Of a DNA stretch of 28,853 nucleotides, positions 10,149-19,048 are shown one piece after another. Below the pieces are notes generated by a model that had not been told where the DNA came from, searched no databases, and saw only the letters and a program-made list of their open reading frames with translations. A program made the translations under genes and the position numbers. The DNA comes from a bacterium. Its GTDB lineage: Bacteria > Arandabacterota > Arandabacteria > Arandabacterales > JALGWA01. Where the stretch lies: NCBI GenBank assembly GCA_050125095.1, contig JASFEA010000022.1, positions 1-28,853 on the forward strand. The letters are read 5' to 3'. Numbering within the stretch: position 1 is the first letter of the stretch; each line of letters opens with the position of its first letter.

Positions 10149-11481
10149 CAGGCAGCGCACCGTCGCCCGCGAGGTCAGGCTCTCCGGCATCGGCCTTCAT
10201 TCGGGCGCCAGAACCACGATAGTCTTCAAACCGGCCCCGGCGGGAACGGGCATCAGGTTCATAAGGACGGATCTCGAGGAGCGGCCCGCCATTGACGTTT
10301 CAGTCGGGACGGCCGTCATGGCCGGGGACTTCTCGCGGCGAACCGTGATAGGGAGCGGGGAGGTCGCGGTCGGCACCATAGAGCATGTGCTTGCCGCCCT
10401 TCGCGGCATGGGCATCGACAACGCCGTCGTGGAGATAGACGCGGCCGAGCCCCCGGAGCCGGACGGGTCCTCCGCGCCTTACGTGGATGTTCTCAAGCGG
10501 GCCGGCGCCCGCGAGCAGGACGCCGAGCGCTCTTACCTGGTCCTCAGAGAGCCCGTCGAGTTCTCCGAGGGAGACATACAGCTCCGGGCCGTTCCCCATG
10601 ACGGCTTCAGGATAAGTTTCGAAATCGGATACGACCACCCCCTGATAGGCCGGCAGAGCATAACGTTCGACATTTCGGAAGGTGTCTTCGAGAAGGAGAT
10701 CGCGCCGGCGAGGACTTTCTCGCTTCTCAAGGACGTGGAGAGCCTCAAGAAGAGAGGGCTCATTAAGGGCGGCAGCCTCGACAACTCCATCGTTGTTGGC
10801 GACGAAGGCATCCTGAACGAGGGGCCCCTGAGGTTTGCGGACGAGTTCGTGCGGCACAAGGTCCTGGACCTCATGGGGGACCTGTGTCTCCTGGGCAGGC
10901 CCTTGAAGATGCATGTCTCCTCGGTGAAGTCGGGGCATTCCACCAATCTCAAGTTCATAAATAAGCTTCATAGCGCGTTGGCCAGAGCAGACCGGGGCAT
11001 TGGCCCGGGAAGGCAGGTGAAAGAGGTGCCAGAGAGCCTGACAATCGACCAGATTCAGAAGATCATGCCGCATCGCTACCCGTTCCTCCTAGTCGACCGC
11101 ATCCTGTCGCTGGAGCCGGGCAAGACCGTGGTCGGCATAAAGAACGTCACCATCAACGAGCCGTTCTTCGTCGGCCACTTCCCGTCGGGTCCCATCATGC
11201 CGGCCGTGCTCATAATAGAGGCCATGGCCCAGGTGGGCGGCGTGATGCTGCTCAGCATGGTGGATGACCCCGAAAGCAAGCTGGTCTACTTCATGGGCAT
11301 AGACAAGGCCAAGTTCAGGAAGCCGGTGGTTCCGGGCGACCAGCTCAGGTTCGAGCTCGAGATGGTCAAACTCAGGTCCAAGACCTGCAAGATGAGGGGC
11401 AAGGCCTACGTGGACGACGCAGTGGTGGCGGAGGCCGAGCTCACCTCCGCCGTCGTTGACAAGCCGGTTTCATCTGATTAG
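10141..11481 (+). CDS. lpxC-fabZ: Bifunctional LpxC (UDP-3-O-acyl-GlcNAc deacetylase) / FabZ (3-hydroxyacyl-ACP dehydratase)
   Basis: LpxC motifs [40 protein letters not shown]; followed in frame by FabZ motifs [47 protein letters not shown] 10141 overlaps the lpxD stop. Confidence 0.95.
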   Translation: MPDRQRTVAREVRLSGIGLHSGARTTIVFKPAPAGTGIRFIRTDLEERPAIDVSVGTAVMAGDFSRRTVIGSGEVAVGTIEHVLAALRGMGIDNAVVEIDAAEPPEPDGSSAPYVDVLKRAGAREQDAERSYLVLREPVEFSEGDIQLRAVPHDGFRISFEIGYDHPLIGRQSITFDISEGVFEKEIAPARTFSLLKDVESLKKRGLIKGGSLDNSIVVGDEGILNEGPLRFADEFVRHKVLDLMGDLCLLGRPLKMHVSSVKSGHSTNLKFINKLHSALARADRGIGPGRQVKEVPESLTIDQIQKIMPHRYPFLLVDRILSLEPGKTVVGIKNVTINEPFFVGHFPSGPIMPAVLIIEAMAQVGGVMLLSMVDDPESKLVYFMGIDKAKFRKPVVPGDQLRFELEMVKLRSKTCKMRGKAYVDDAVVAEAELTSAVVDKPVSSD

Positions 11482-11510
11482 ACTTGAGTAATATCAGGGA
11501 GGAACCGGGT

Positions 11511-12293
11511 ATGGAGAAGACCGTGACCATACATGCCACCGCCGTAATCGACCCGCGCGCCGAGCTGGGCGAGGGCGTATCGGTGGGGCCCTATACCGTC
11601 ATCGGTCCCGATGTGAGGATCGGCCCTCGCACCGCTATAGGCTCGCACTGCGTCCTCGAGGGCTGGACGGAGATCGGCGCGGACTGCCGTATCACCCACT
11701 CGGTATGCCTGGGGCAGGAGCCGCAGGACGTCAAGTACGGCGGCGAGGAGACCTATGTCAGGATAGGGTCGGGCAACCTGATAAGGGAGTATACTTCGGT
11801 TCACAGGGCCACCGGCGAGGGCAATGAGACCCGGATCGGCGACGACAACTTCATAATGGCTTACGTCCACGTGGCGCATAACTGCACCGTGGAGAACGGC
11901 ACTGTGATCGCCAGTTTCACGGCGCTCGCCGGCCACGTCACGGTGGAAGACCACGCCAGAATCAGCGGCGTCATCCCGGTTCACCAGTTCGTGCGCATCG
12001 GGAGGCACTCCATGGTAGGGGGCGGTTCGCGCGTTCCCAAGGACATCCTGCCCTATGTGAAGGTAGCGGGCAATCCGCTCAGAGTCAGCGGTCTCAATAC
12101 GATCGGTCTCAGGAGAGCCGGCTTCGACCCGGAGACCATGAAGGTGCTCCGCGAGGCCTACCGTCTCATCTTCCGCTCGGAGCTGAACGTCACCCAGGCC
12201 ACGGAGAGGATAAAATCGGAACTTCCCTCTATACCGGAGATTGAGCATCTGGTAGAGTTCATTGAGACTTCCGAGAGGGGAATCACGATTTAG
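11511..12293 (+). CDS. lpxA: Acyl-ACP--UDP-N-acetylglucosamine acyltransferase
   Basis: 'IHATAVID', 'PQDVKY', 'IRE...HRAT', 'MAYVHVAHNC', 'LAGHV', 'VHQFVRIG', 'GLNTIGLRRAGF', C-terminal 'SERGI'; SD GGGAGGA at 11497-11503 favours ATG 11511. Confidence 0.95.
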   Translation: MEKTVTIHATAVIDPRAELGEGVSVGPYTVIGPDVRIGPRTAIGSHCVLEGWTEIGADCRITHSVCLGQEPQDVKYGGEETYVRIGSGNLIREYTSVHRATGEGNETRIGDDNFIMAYVHVAHNCTVENGTVIASFTALAGHVTVEDHARISGVIPVHQFVRIGRHSMVGGGSRVPKDILPYVKVAGNPLRVSGLNTIGLRRAGFDPETMKVLREAYRLIFRSELNVTQATERIKSELPSIPEIEHLVEFIETSERGITI

Positions 12294-12294
12294 G

Positions 12295-12324
12295 TTCCTA
12301 TCCGGGCGCGAACCCGCATATAAT
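12295..12324 (+). promoter_or_regulatory. Putative internal promoter upstream of the gnnA-like gene
   Basis: Perfect TATAAT at 12319-12324 in the 65-bp lpxA/oxidoreductase gap; weak -35 TTCCTA (12295-12300) at 18-nt spacing. Confidence 0.4.
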
Positions 12325-12358
12325 ACCAGCGGCCATCTTTAGAGAGAGGAATACAGCA

Positions 12359-13342
12359 ATGGATCGTGTTCGTTGCGGTGTGATAGGGGTGGGCCAGCTG
12401 GGCCAGCATCACGTCCGAATCTATGACGACCTTCCCGAGGCGGAACTCATAGGCGTATTCGATACCGACCCCGGGCGCCTTGAGGAGATCGCCGGGCGCC
12501 ATTCCACGCGGCCCTTCGATTCGATGGACGCCCTGATCGCGGAAGTCGACGCCATAAGTCTGGCCGTGCCGACCAGCCTGCATCACGAGATAGGCATGAA
12601 GGTCCTGGGCAGCGGCAGGCACCTGCTGGTGGAGAAGCCGATTTCCTCGACGGCCGAAGAGGGTCTGGACCTGGTGAGCGCCGCGGCGTCAGGAGAGCTT
12701 ATATTGAGCGTGGGGCACAGCGAGCGCTTCGGGGCCCCCATACGCGCGGCCCTGGACTATGTCAACAAGCCGCGCTTCGTGGAGGCTTTGAGGCTCGCGG
12801 GTTTCGGCCCCAGGGGCACGGACGTCTCGGTCATTCACGACCTCATGATACATGACATAGACCTCGTCCTGAGCCTCGTCTCCTCGGAGGTCGAGCGGGT
12901 CGAAGCCGTGGGCGTTCCCGTTTTCACGCCCAATGTCGATATCGCCAACGCCCGGCTCTCCTTCAAGGACGGGACCGTGGCGACGCTCACGGCGAGCAGG
13001 GTATCGCCCGAGCGCCTGCGCAAGGTCCGCTTCTTCCAGGACGACTCCTACATATCCGTCGATCTCCTGGGCAAAGCCGTAAACATCCTGAAGCGCAAGA
13101 TGGACTTCGCCGACATGACGAGCCTGGACCCCAACGAAGTCAGGCCCGACGAACTCGTCGACGTCATAGTGCCGCCGGTGGAGGACCGGGAGCCCCTGAT
13201 GCTGGAGCTTCTCGATTTCGTGCTCAGCGTCCGCCGGGAGAAAGAGCCCGAAGTGACGGGCGAGGCCGGGCTTCGCGCGCTGGTTGTAGCCGACAAGATA
13301 GTCGGAGACATCGAGGCCCGCCTAAGGCGCTGGAGAGAATAG
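12359..13342 (+). CDS. gnnA: Gfo/Idh/MocA oxidoreductase, probable GnnA (UDP-GlcNAc 3-dehydrogenase)
   Basis: Rossmann 'GVIGVGQLGQHH', 'LVEKP', 'VGHSERF', 'DVSVIHDLMIHDID', 'DIANARL', 'TASRVS'; located between lpxA and lpxB, where gnnA lies in Acidithiobacillus. The family call is firm; the GnnA function is inferred. Confidence 0.75.
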   Translation: MDRVRCGVIGVGQLGQHHVRIYDDLPEAELIGVFDTDPGRLEEIAGRHSTRPFDSMDALIAEVDAISLAVPTSLHHEIGMKVLGSGRHLLVEKPISSTAEEGLDLVSAAASGELILSVGHSERFGAPIRAALDYVNKPRFVEALRLAGFGPRGTDVSVIHDLMIHDIDLVLSLVSSEVERVEAVGVPVFTPNVDIANARLSFKDGTVATLTASRVSPERLRKVRFFQDDSYISVDLLGKAVNILKRKMDFADMTSLDPNEVRPDELVDVIVPPVEDREPLMLELLDFVLSVRREKEPEVTGEAGLRALVVADKIVGDIEARLRRWRE

Positions 13343-14476
13343 GTGCGCCCTGAGATCTTCATAGTGACGGGCGAAGCCTCCGGCGACGTCTACGGCGCGA
13401 TGCTCGCCGGCGCGATCAGGGCGGCGCGTCCCGGGATAACCATAAGCGGCGTGGGCGGGGAGAGGATGAGGGCGGCGGGCGTCGAAATCTTCTTAGACAG
13501 CGGCAACCTCTCCGTCGTCGGCTTCTGGGAGGCCGTGGTGCGGCTTCGCGAGCTCCGCGGGGCCATGAATGAAATGAAGGCCTACATAGCCCGGGAGCGC
13601 CCCGACCTGGTCATATTGATCGACTACCCTGGGATGAATCTGCGCCTGGCTCGCTTTGCCAAGGAACGCGGCATCAAGGTGATGTATTATATCTCGCCCC
13701 AGGTCTGGGCCTGGGGCCGCGGCCGGGTGAGGTCGATAAGGAAATACGTGGACAAGATGGTGGTGATCCTCCCGTTCGAGCTCGATCTCTACAGGAGAGA
13801 GGGAGTAGACGTGGAGTACGTCGGGCACCCCCTGATCGACGTGGTCAAGACCGGCCTTGAGCCGGGGGCATTCAGGCGGACCTACGGCATAGGCCCGGAC
13901 AGCAAGCTGGTGTCGCTGCTGCCGGGAAGCCGCCTGCAGGAAATCGGCCATCACCTGACGCCTCTGCTCGAGGCGGCCCGCGAGCTGGGGACGCGCATAT
14001 CAGACGCCGAGTTCGTGGTCGTCGGCGTGCCCGAGTACCGGGACAGGATCGAGGCCGAGCTTGAGAGACTCGGGCTCGACTATCCCATCGTCGGCGAACA
14101 CAAGTACGACGCCATCGCCGACAGCGACCTGGCGCTCACATGCTCCGGGACTGTGACGCTGGAGGCCGCGCTGCTGGGAACGCCCATGATTGTGATCTAC
14201 AGGCTTTCGCTGGTTTCCTGGATCCTGGGAAGAATAGTGGTCCGGGTCCCATACATATCGCTGGCCAATCTGGTGGCCGGGCACGGGGTTGTGCCCGAGC
14301 TCATTCAGGGCAGCGTGACGCGCGACCAACTCGTGCGCGAGTCGATGCGGATTCTTGAAGACGAAAACCTGAGCGGGAGGATGCGGAAGGCCCTCTCGGA
14401 GGTAAGGTCGAAGCTCGGCGAGGGCGGCGCAACGGAGCGTGCCGCCGAAATCGCCGTCTCGCTCGCGTCGCATTGA
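13343..14476 (+). CDS. lpxB: Lipid-A-disaccharide synthase
   Basis: 'IVTGEASGD', 'LIDYPGMNLRLA', 'YYISPQVWAWG', 'ILPFE', 'YVGHPL', 'LLPGSR', 'SGTVTLE', 'YISLANL', 'VPELIQ'; GTG start with GGAG 7 nt upstream. Confidence 0.95.
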   Translation: MRPEIFIVTGEASGDVYGAMLAGAIRAARPGITISGVGGERMRAAGVEIFLDSGNLSVVGFWEAVVRLRELRGAMNEMKAYIARERPDLVILIDYPGMNLRLARFAKERGIKVMYYISPQVWAWGRGRVRSIRKYVDKMVVILPFELDLYRREGVDVEYVGHPLIDVVKTGLEPGAFRRTYGIGPDSKLVSLLPGSRLQEIGHHLTPLLEAARELGTRISDAEFVVVGVPEYRDRIEAELERLGLDYPIVGEHKYDAIADSDLALTCSGTVTLEAALLGTPMIVIYRLSLVSWILGRIVVRVPYISLANLVAGHGVVPELIQGSVTRDQLVRESMRILEDENLSGRMRKALSEVRSKLGEGGATERAAEIAVSLASH

Positions 14477-15821
14477 AAGGACATGCGCTACGACTGAGCC
14501 GGGTCGGAAAAGGCCGGGACTCGGCCGCAGAAGCGGCCAGCTCGCGGCGTACCAGATTCTGACGGGCGCCCTGTATGGAGTTCTGTGGCTGACCTACAGT
14601 CTCGTGCCTCCGCTCAAGAAAAGCCTGGGGCCGAGGCTCGCAATGGACCTGCCGGAGCGCGCCGGCGGACCGCTCATTCACTTCCACGCGGCCTCCGTGG
14701 GCGAGATATCGAGCCTTGCGCCCGTTGTCAGGGAAGTCAGCAGAGAAGTCCCCGGCTACGGGCTGCTGGTCACGACCATGACGCCGACGGGAAGAGACAG
14801 GGCGGCCGCCCTCATAACGGGCGCCGACGTCCGACTGGTCCCCTATGACTTCAGGTCCGCGATGCGACGTTTCATGAACAGGATGAGGCCGTCGGTTATT
14901 GTCGTGACCGAGACGGAGCTCTGGCCCAACCTGCTGAGGGAGGCCAGCCGGCTTGAGATTCCGCTCGTGCTGGTAAACGGCAGGATCTCCGTGAAGTCCA
15001 TCGGGCGTTATCGCCGGGTGGGGGCGCTGGTGAGGTCCATGCTTTCGCAGTTCGACCTCATGCTGATGCGGTCCGATGAGGACGCCGGGCGCGCGCTTTC
15101 ACTGGGCGCGGACCCGGACAGGGTCAGGGTTGTGGGCAATACCAAGTATGACGTCCTGGCGGGCCCCGTCCCTGCCGAACAGCGCCGGGCTCTCAGGAAG
15201 CGGCTCGGCATAAGCGACGCCGCACCCGTGGTAATGCTGGGTTCCGCCAGGCAGGGGGAGAGTGAGATACTGCTGGAGGCCATCAGGGCCGAGAGCATGG
15301 AGACATTGCCGACCGTCATCCTGGCGCCGCGGCACCTCGAGAATGTCCGCCTCATTGAGGCGGTGTGCAGGCGGTCGGGATACGGCGTGGCCCTTTCGGC
15401 CGGCGCCGGCGAGAGCGGACGCGCCCCTGAAGCGGGCGAGGCCGGGGGCGCCGGGCGCGCCATAATAGTAAATGAGATGGGCCGGCTCCTGGAGTACTAC
15501 GCCATATCCGACATTGGCGTGGTAGGCGGAACATTCAAGCCGCACGGCGGTCACAACCCGCTGGAGCCGGCGTCCCAGGGGGCGGTCGTGGTGGTGGGGC
15601 CGCATCGCGACAACATCGCAGACGACATGGATTACCTGATCTCGCGGGATGCGGCCGTAATTACCGATGAGCCGGGCCTCGGCGCCGTGATACGCGGTCT
15701 CCTCTTCGACCCGGCCCGCATGTCGGCGCTGGCGGAGCGCGCCGCCGGGGCGGTGCAGGATAAGAAGGGCGCATCGCGCCGCTCTATCGAGGCCATGAAG
15801 GCAAGGGGGCTTCTGGGGTGA
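14439..15821 (+). CDS. waaA: 3-deoxy-D-manno-octulosonic acid (Kdo) transferase; start codon uncertain
   Basis: 'FHAASVGE', 'TTMTPTG', 'ETELWPNL', 'VNGRIS', 'GNTKYD', 'APRH', 'GGHNPLEPA'; N-terminal hydrophobic anchor at about 14541-14605. The only in-frame ATG/GTG/TTG before the anchor is GTG 14439, inside lpxB. Confidence 0.88.
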   Translation: MPPKSPSRSRRIERTCATTEPGRKRPGLGRRSGQLAAYQILTGALYGVLWLTYSLVPPLKKSLGPRLAMDLPERAGGPLIHFHAASVGEISSLAPVVREVSREVPGYGLLVTTMTPTGRDRAAALITGADVRLVPYDFRSAMRRFMNRMRPSVIVVTETELWPNLLREASRLEIPLVLVNGRISVKSIGRYRRVGALVRSMLSQFDLMLMRSDEDAGRALSLGADPDRVRVVGNTKYDVLAGPVPAEQRRALRKRLGISDAAPVVMLGSARQGESEILLEAIRAESMETLPTVILAPRHLENVRLIEAVCRRSGYGVALSAGAGESGRAPEAGEAGGAGRAIIVNEMGRLLEYYAISDIGVVGGTFKPHGGHNPLEPASQGAVVVVGPHRDNIADDMDYLISRDAAVITDEPGLGAVIRGLLFDPARMSALAERAAGAVQDKKGASRRSIEAMKARGLLG

Positions 15822-16921
15822 CGGCCGATGGTGTCAGGGTCATAGACAGGCGGACTTTCAGCCCCGTATATGAGATGGGCCGTCTTAAGAAGACTCTGCT
15901 TGTCCCCATCGCCTATCCGCTCTCGCTTGTCTATGCCGCCGGGGTGAGACTGTGGCGCCGCCGGCGCGTGCATGCCGAGGACATCGGACTGCCCGTGGTC
16001 AGCGTGGGCAGCATAAGCGTCGGCGGCACGGGCAAGACGCCGCTCAGCATGCTGATAGCATCCCACCTGACCTCCCGCGGCAAGAAGGTCGCCGTGGTGT
16101 CGAGGGGTTACAAGCGAAAGGGCGGCCCGTCGCCCCTCGTGGTGAGCGACTATGACGGCGTGAGGGCCGGTGTGGAGGAGGCCGGCGATGAGCCCTACCT
16201 GATGGCCTCGCGCCGGACCGGAGTCGCCGTGGTGATAGACTCCAACCGGTTGCGCGGGGCGGAATACGCAAGAGACGCGCTCGGCCCGGATGTCGTGCTC
16301 CTGGACGACGGTTTCCAGTGCCGCGCCATAAGAAAGCGGCTCGACATAGTGACCGTCGGGCTCGACGCGCTGGCCCCGGGCGCCGCCTACCTGCCGTGGG
16401 GACCTCTGCGCGAGGGCCTCGATGCCATAGGGCCGGAAGACCTGGTGGTCTATGTCGCGAGAAGCGACATCGAGAAGAGGGTTGCGGACGGCGGCGGGCC
16501 CGGTTGGCCGCTTGCGGCACTGAAGCGAAGGGGCGACTTCTACGTAGGTTCCTATGTCGACCCGGTCATCGTGGACGCCGCCGGAGAGGCGGCGGGTCCG
16601 GCGGCTGACCTGGGCCGGGCGGTTGTGGTTTCGGGCATAGCGAGGCCGGAGGGATTCGAGGCGACATGTGATAACCTCGGCATTGCCGCCGCCGCGATAA
16701 TCCGTTTCGACGACCACCACTGGTATGGCGGGGCCGACAGGAGTATGATAGAGAAAGTCATGGAAGAACTCGGTTGCGAATACATCGCCACGACGGAGAA
16801 GGACCTCCTGCGCATGCCGGGGCCGCTCCGCGAGCGCGCCCTCGCCGTCAGGATAAGCATGAAGGTTGAAGGACGCGACTTCCTCGAGCGCGTGGCGGAA
16901 CGGGTGAACGCAGGTGAATGA
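15818..16921 (+). CDS. lpxK: Tetraacyldisaccharide (lipid A) 4'-kinase
   Basis: 'VVSVGSISVGGTGKTP', 'VSRGY', 'GDEP', 'LLDDGFQ', 'LPWGPLRE', 'SGIARP', 'FDDHH', 'TTEKD'; GTGA overlap with waaA. Confidence 0.9.
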   Translation: MTADGVRVIDRRTFSPVYEMGRLKKTLLVPIAYPLSLVYAAGVRLWRRRRVHAEDIGLPVVSVGSISVGGTGKTPLSMLIASHLTSRGKKVAVVSRGYKRKGGPSPLVVSDYDGVRAGVEEAGDEPYLMASRRTGVAVVIDSNRLRGAEYARDALGPDVVLLDDGFQCRAIRKRLDIVTVGLDALAPGAAYLPWGPLREGLDAIGPEDLVVYVARSDIEKRVADGGGPGWPLAALKRRGDFYVGSYVDPVIVDAAGEAAGPAADLGRAVVVSGIARPEGFEATCDNLGIAAAAIIRFDDHHWYGGADRSMIEKVMEELGCEYIATTEKDLLRMPGPLRERALAVRISMKVEGRDFLERVAERVNAGE

Positions 16922-18515
16922 AAGCGACTTCCTCATAATCGGGAGCGGCATCTCGGGGCTGCTCGCGGCCATCAAGCTCGCCGAGCACGGCACGGTGTCG
17001 GTGGTTACGAAGAAGACCAGGAGCGACTCCAATACCAACTACGCCCAGGGCGGGATCGCCGTCGCCCTTGATGAAGACGATTCGCGCGAGCTCCATATAG
17101 AGGACACGCTGGCCGCCGGCGGCGGCCTGTGTGACGAGAGCGTGGTAAGAGAGGTGGTGGGCAGGGCGAGACCCTGCATCGATGAACTCCGCCGGCTCGG
17201 GGTACCTTTCAGCACGGAAGAGGACCGGAACGGCAGGAGCCGCATTTCCCTGGGCCGGGAGGGCGGCCACTCGGCCAGGCGCATAGCTCACGTGAAGGAC
17301 TACACGGGGAGAGCGATAGAGGAAGTGCTGCTCGAGGCCGCGCGGGCCACCGGCCGCGTGGACTTCTTCGAGAACCACCTTGCGGTAGACCTGCTGCTCG
17401 AATCCAAACTCACCGGCGAGCCCCTGAAGCCCGACCGTTGCTGGGGCGCCTATGTAATGGACGAGGAGAAGCAGGCCATCGAGGCCTATGCCGCGAAGGC
17501 CACCATACTCGCCACGGGAGGCGCCGGCAAGGTGTACCTTTACACGTCCAATCCGGACATCGCGACCGGGGACGGTCTTGCCATGGCGTGGCGGGCCGGA
17601 GCGAGAATAGCAAACCTCGAGTTCGTCCAGTTCCACCCGACATGCCTCTATCACAAGCGGGCCAGGAGTTTCCTCATATCGGAGGCGGTGCGCGGAGAGG
17701 GCGGGGTTCTCGCCAACACCGCGGGCGAGGCCTTTATGAAGAAGCATGACGAGCGCGGCGACCTCGCGCCGCGCGACATCGTTGCGAGGGCCGTGGACTA
17801 CGAGCTCAAGAAGACCGGGGACAAGTACGTGCATCTCGACATGAGACCCATCGGCGAGGCGCGCATAAAGGAGAGGTTCCCATACATCTACCGGACATGC
17901 ATGGACCTCGGCATAGACCCGACCAGGGAGCCGCTCTGGGTAGTGCCGGCGGCGCATTATATGTGCGGGGGGGTCGTGACCGACCTCAAGGCGAGAACCA
18001 GCATCGAAGGGCTCCTCGCCGCGGGGGAGGTGGCTCACACGGGATTTCACGGTGCCAACCGGCTGGCGTCCAACTCGCTTCTGGAAGCCGTGGTCTTCGC
18101 GGACTCGGCGGCGCGTTCCGCGGCTCGAATCTCGGAAGGTTTCAAAGGGGAAATCCCGGCCGCCAGGCCGTGGACCTCGGACGGCACCACGGCGCCTCTT
18201 GAGGAAGTGGTCTTCGATCATGACTGGGACTCGGTCAGGAGCATAATGTGGGACTATGTGGGTATTGTGCGGTCGGATCAGCGCCTGTCCATAGCCTCTA
18301 AGAGGATCGCGCTCATGCGCGAGCATATTGAGACCTTCTACTGGAAGTACCGGCTCAATCCCGATCTTATCGAACTCAGGAATATCGCGCTGGTGGGCGA
18401 GCTCATAATACGTTGCGCAAGGCTCCGCCGCGAGAGCAGGGGCCTTCACTACAATGTGGACTGCCCCGGCGTCGACGACGTGAACTACAAGCGCGACACG
18501 ATTATCGAGTCATGA
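16914..18515 (+). CDS. nadB: L-aspartate oxidase
   Basis: FAD-binding 'IIGSGISGL', 'NTNYAQGGIA', 'REGGHSARRIAH', 'LATGGAG', 'EFVQFHPT', 'LISEAVRGEG', 'LAPRDIVARA', 'PAAHYMCGG', 'HGANRLASNSLLE', 'ESRGLHY'. Confidence 0.95.
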   Translation: MNESDFLIIGSGISGLLAAIKLAEHGTVSVVTKKTRSDSNTNYAQGGIAVALDEDDSRELHIEDTLAAGGGLCDESVVREVVGRARPCIDELRRLGVPFSTEEDRNGRSRISLGREGGHSARRIAHVKDYTGRAIEEVLLEAARATGRVDFFENHLAVDLLLESKLTGEPLKPDRCWGAYVMDEEKQAIEAYAAKATILATGGAGKVYLYTSNPDIATGDGLAMAWRAGARIANLEFVQFHPTCLYHKRARSFLISEAVRGEGGVLANTAGEAFMKKHDERGDLAPRDIVARAVDYELKKTGDKYVHLDMRPIGEARIKERFPYIYRTCMDLGIDPTREPLWVVPAAHYMCGGVVTDLKARTSIEGLLAAGEVAHTGFHGANRLASNSLLEAVVFADSAARSAARISEGFKGEIPAARPWTSDGTTAPLEEVVFDHDWDSVRSIMWDYVGIVRSDQRLSIASKRIALMREHIETFYWKYRLNPDLIELRNIALVGELIIRCARLRRESRGLHYNVDCPGVDDVNYKRDTIIES

Positions 18516-19048
18516 ACATCCTTCTCACCGGTGTGCCGGGCGTCGGCAAAACGACCGTCATGGAGAAGCTCGCCGCCATGCTTCCGGAGCCGGCGGGTTT
18601 CGTGACGGCCGAGGTGAGGGACGGGGGCGGAAGGACGGGCTTCATGATAAGGACGTTCGACGGCAGGGAGGCCGCTCTGGCGCGCAGGCAAAAGGGCGCG
18701 GGGCCGCGCGTGGGGCCCTACAGGGTATTCCTCGAGGGCCTGGAGACTCTCGGAGTGGGCTCGATTGACGCTGGCATCTCAGGCGAAGGCGTTATATTAA
18801 TAGATGAGATAGGCAAGATGGAGTCGAAGTCGCCTGAGTTCAAAGCCGCGGTCATAAGAGCGCTGGACAGCGGGTCGAACGTGGTGGCGACACTCGGGGT
18901 ATCGAATGAGCCCTTTCTCGCCCGGGTGCGAAAGAGGCCTGATGTGCGCGTGGTCGAAGTGACCCGCGCCAACAGGGATGCGATGCCGGCCGGACTCGCC
19001 GCTATGCTCCGCGGCGGCCTTGAAAGAGGTGATGGCCTTGACGGGTAA
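18512..19048 (+). CDS. THEP1/NTPCR-family nucleoside-triphosphatase (NTPase_1)
   Basis: 'ILLTGVPGVGKTT', 'GFVTAEVR...RTGF', 'VGPYRV', 'IDEIGKME', 'VTRANRD'; ATGA overlap with the nadB stop. Confidence 0.88.
   Translation: MNILLTGVPGVGKTTVMEKLAAMLPEPAGFVTAEVRDGGGRTGFMIRTFDGREAALARRQKGAGPRVGPYRVFLEGLETLGVGSIDAGISGEGVILIDEIGKMESKSPEFKAAVIRALDSGSNVVATLGVSNEPFLARVRKRPDVRVVEVTRANRDAMPAGLAAMLRGGLERGDGLDG

Noticed and set aside
13340..13345. In-frame TAG-GTG junction that would give a GnnA-LpxB fusion by readthrough
   Set aside because: lpxB has its own GGAG SD 7 nt upstream, both proteins are full length, and there is no sign of recoding machinery.
15632..18449. Long antisense ORFs (468 aa and 533 aa; also 3429-4766, 7666-8784 and others)
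   Set aside because: They are shadow ORFs opposite well-supported genes, expected from high GC3, and show no family motifs.
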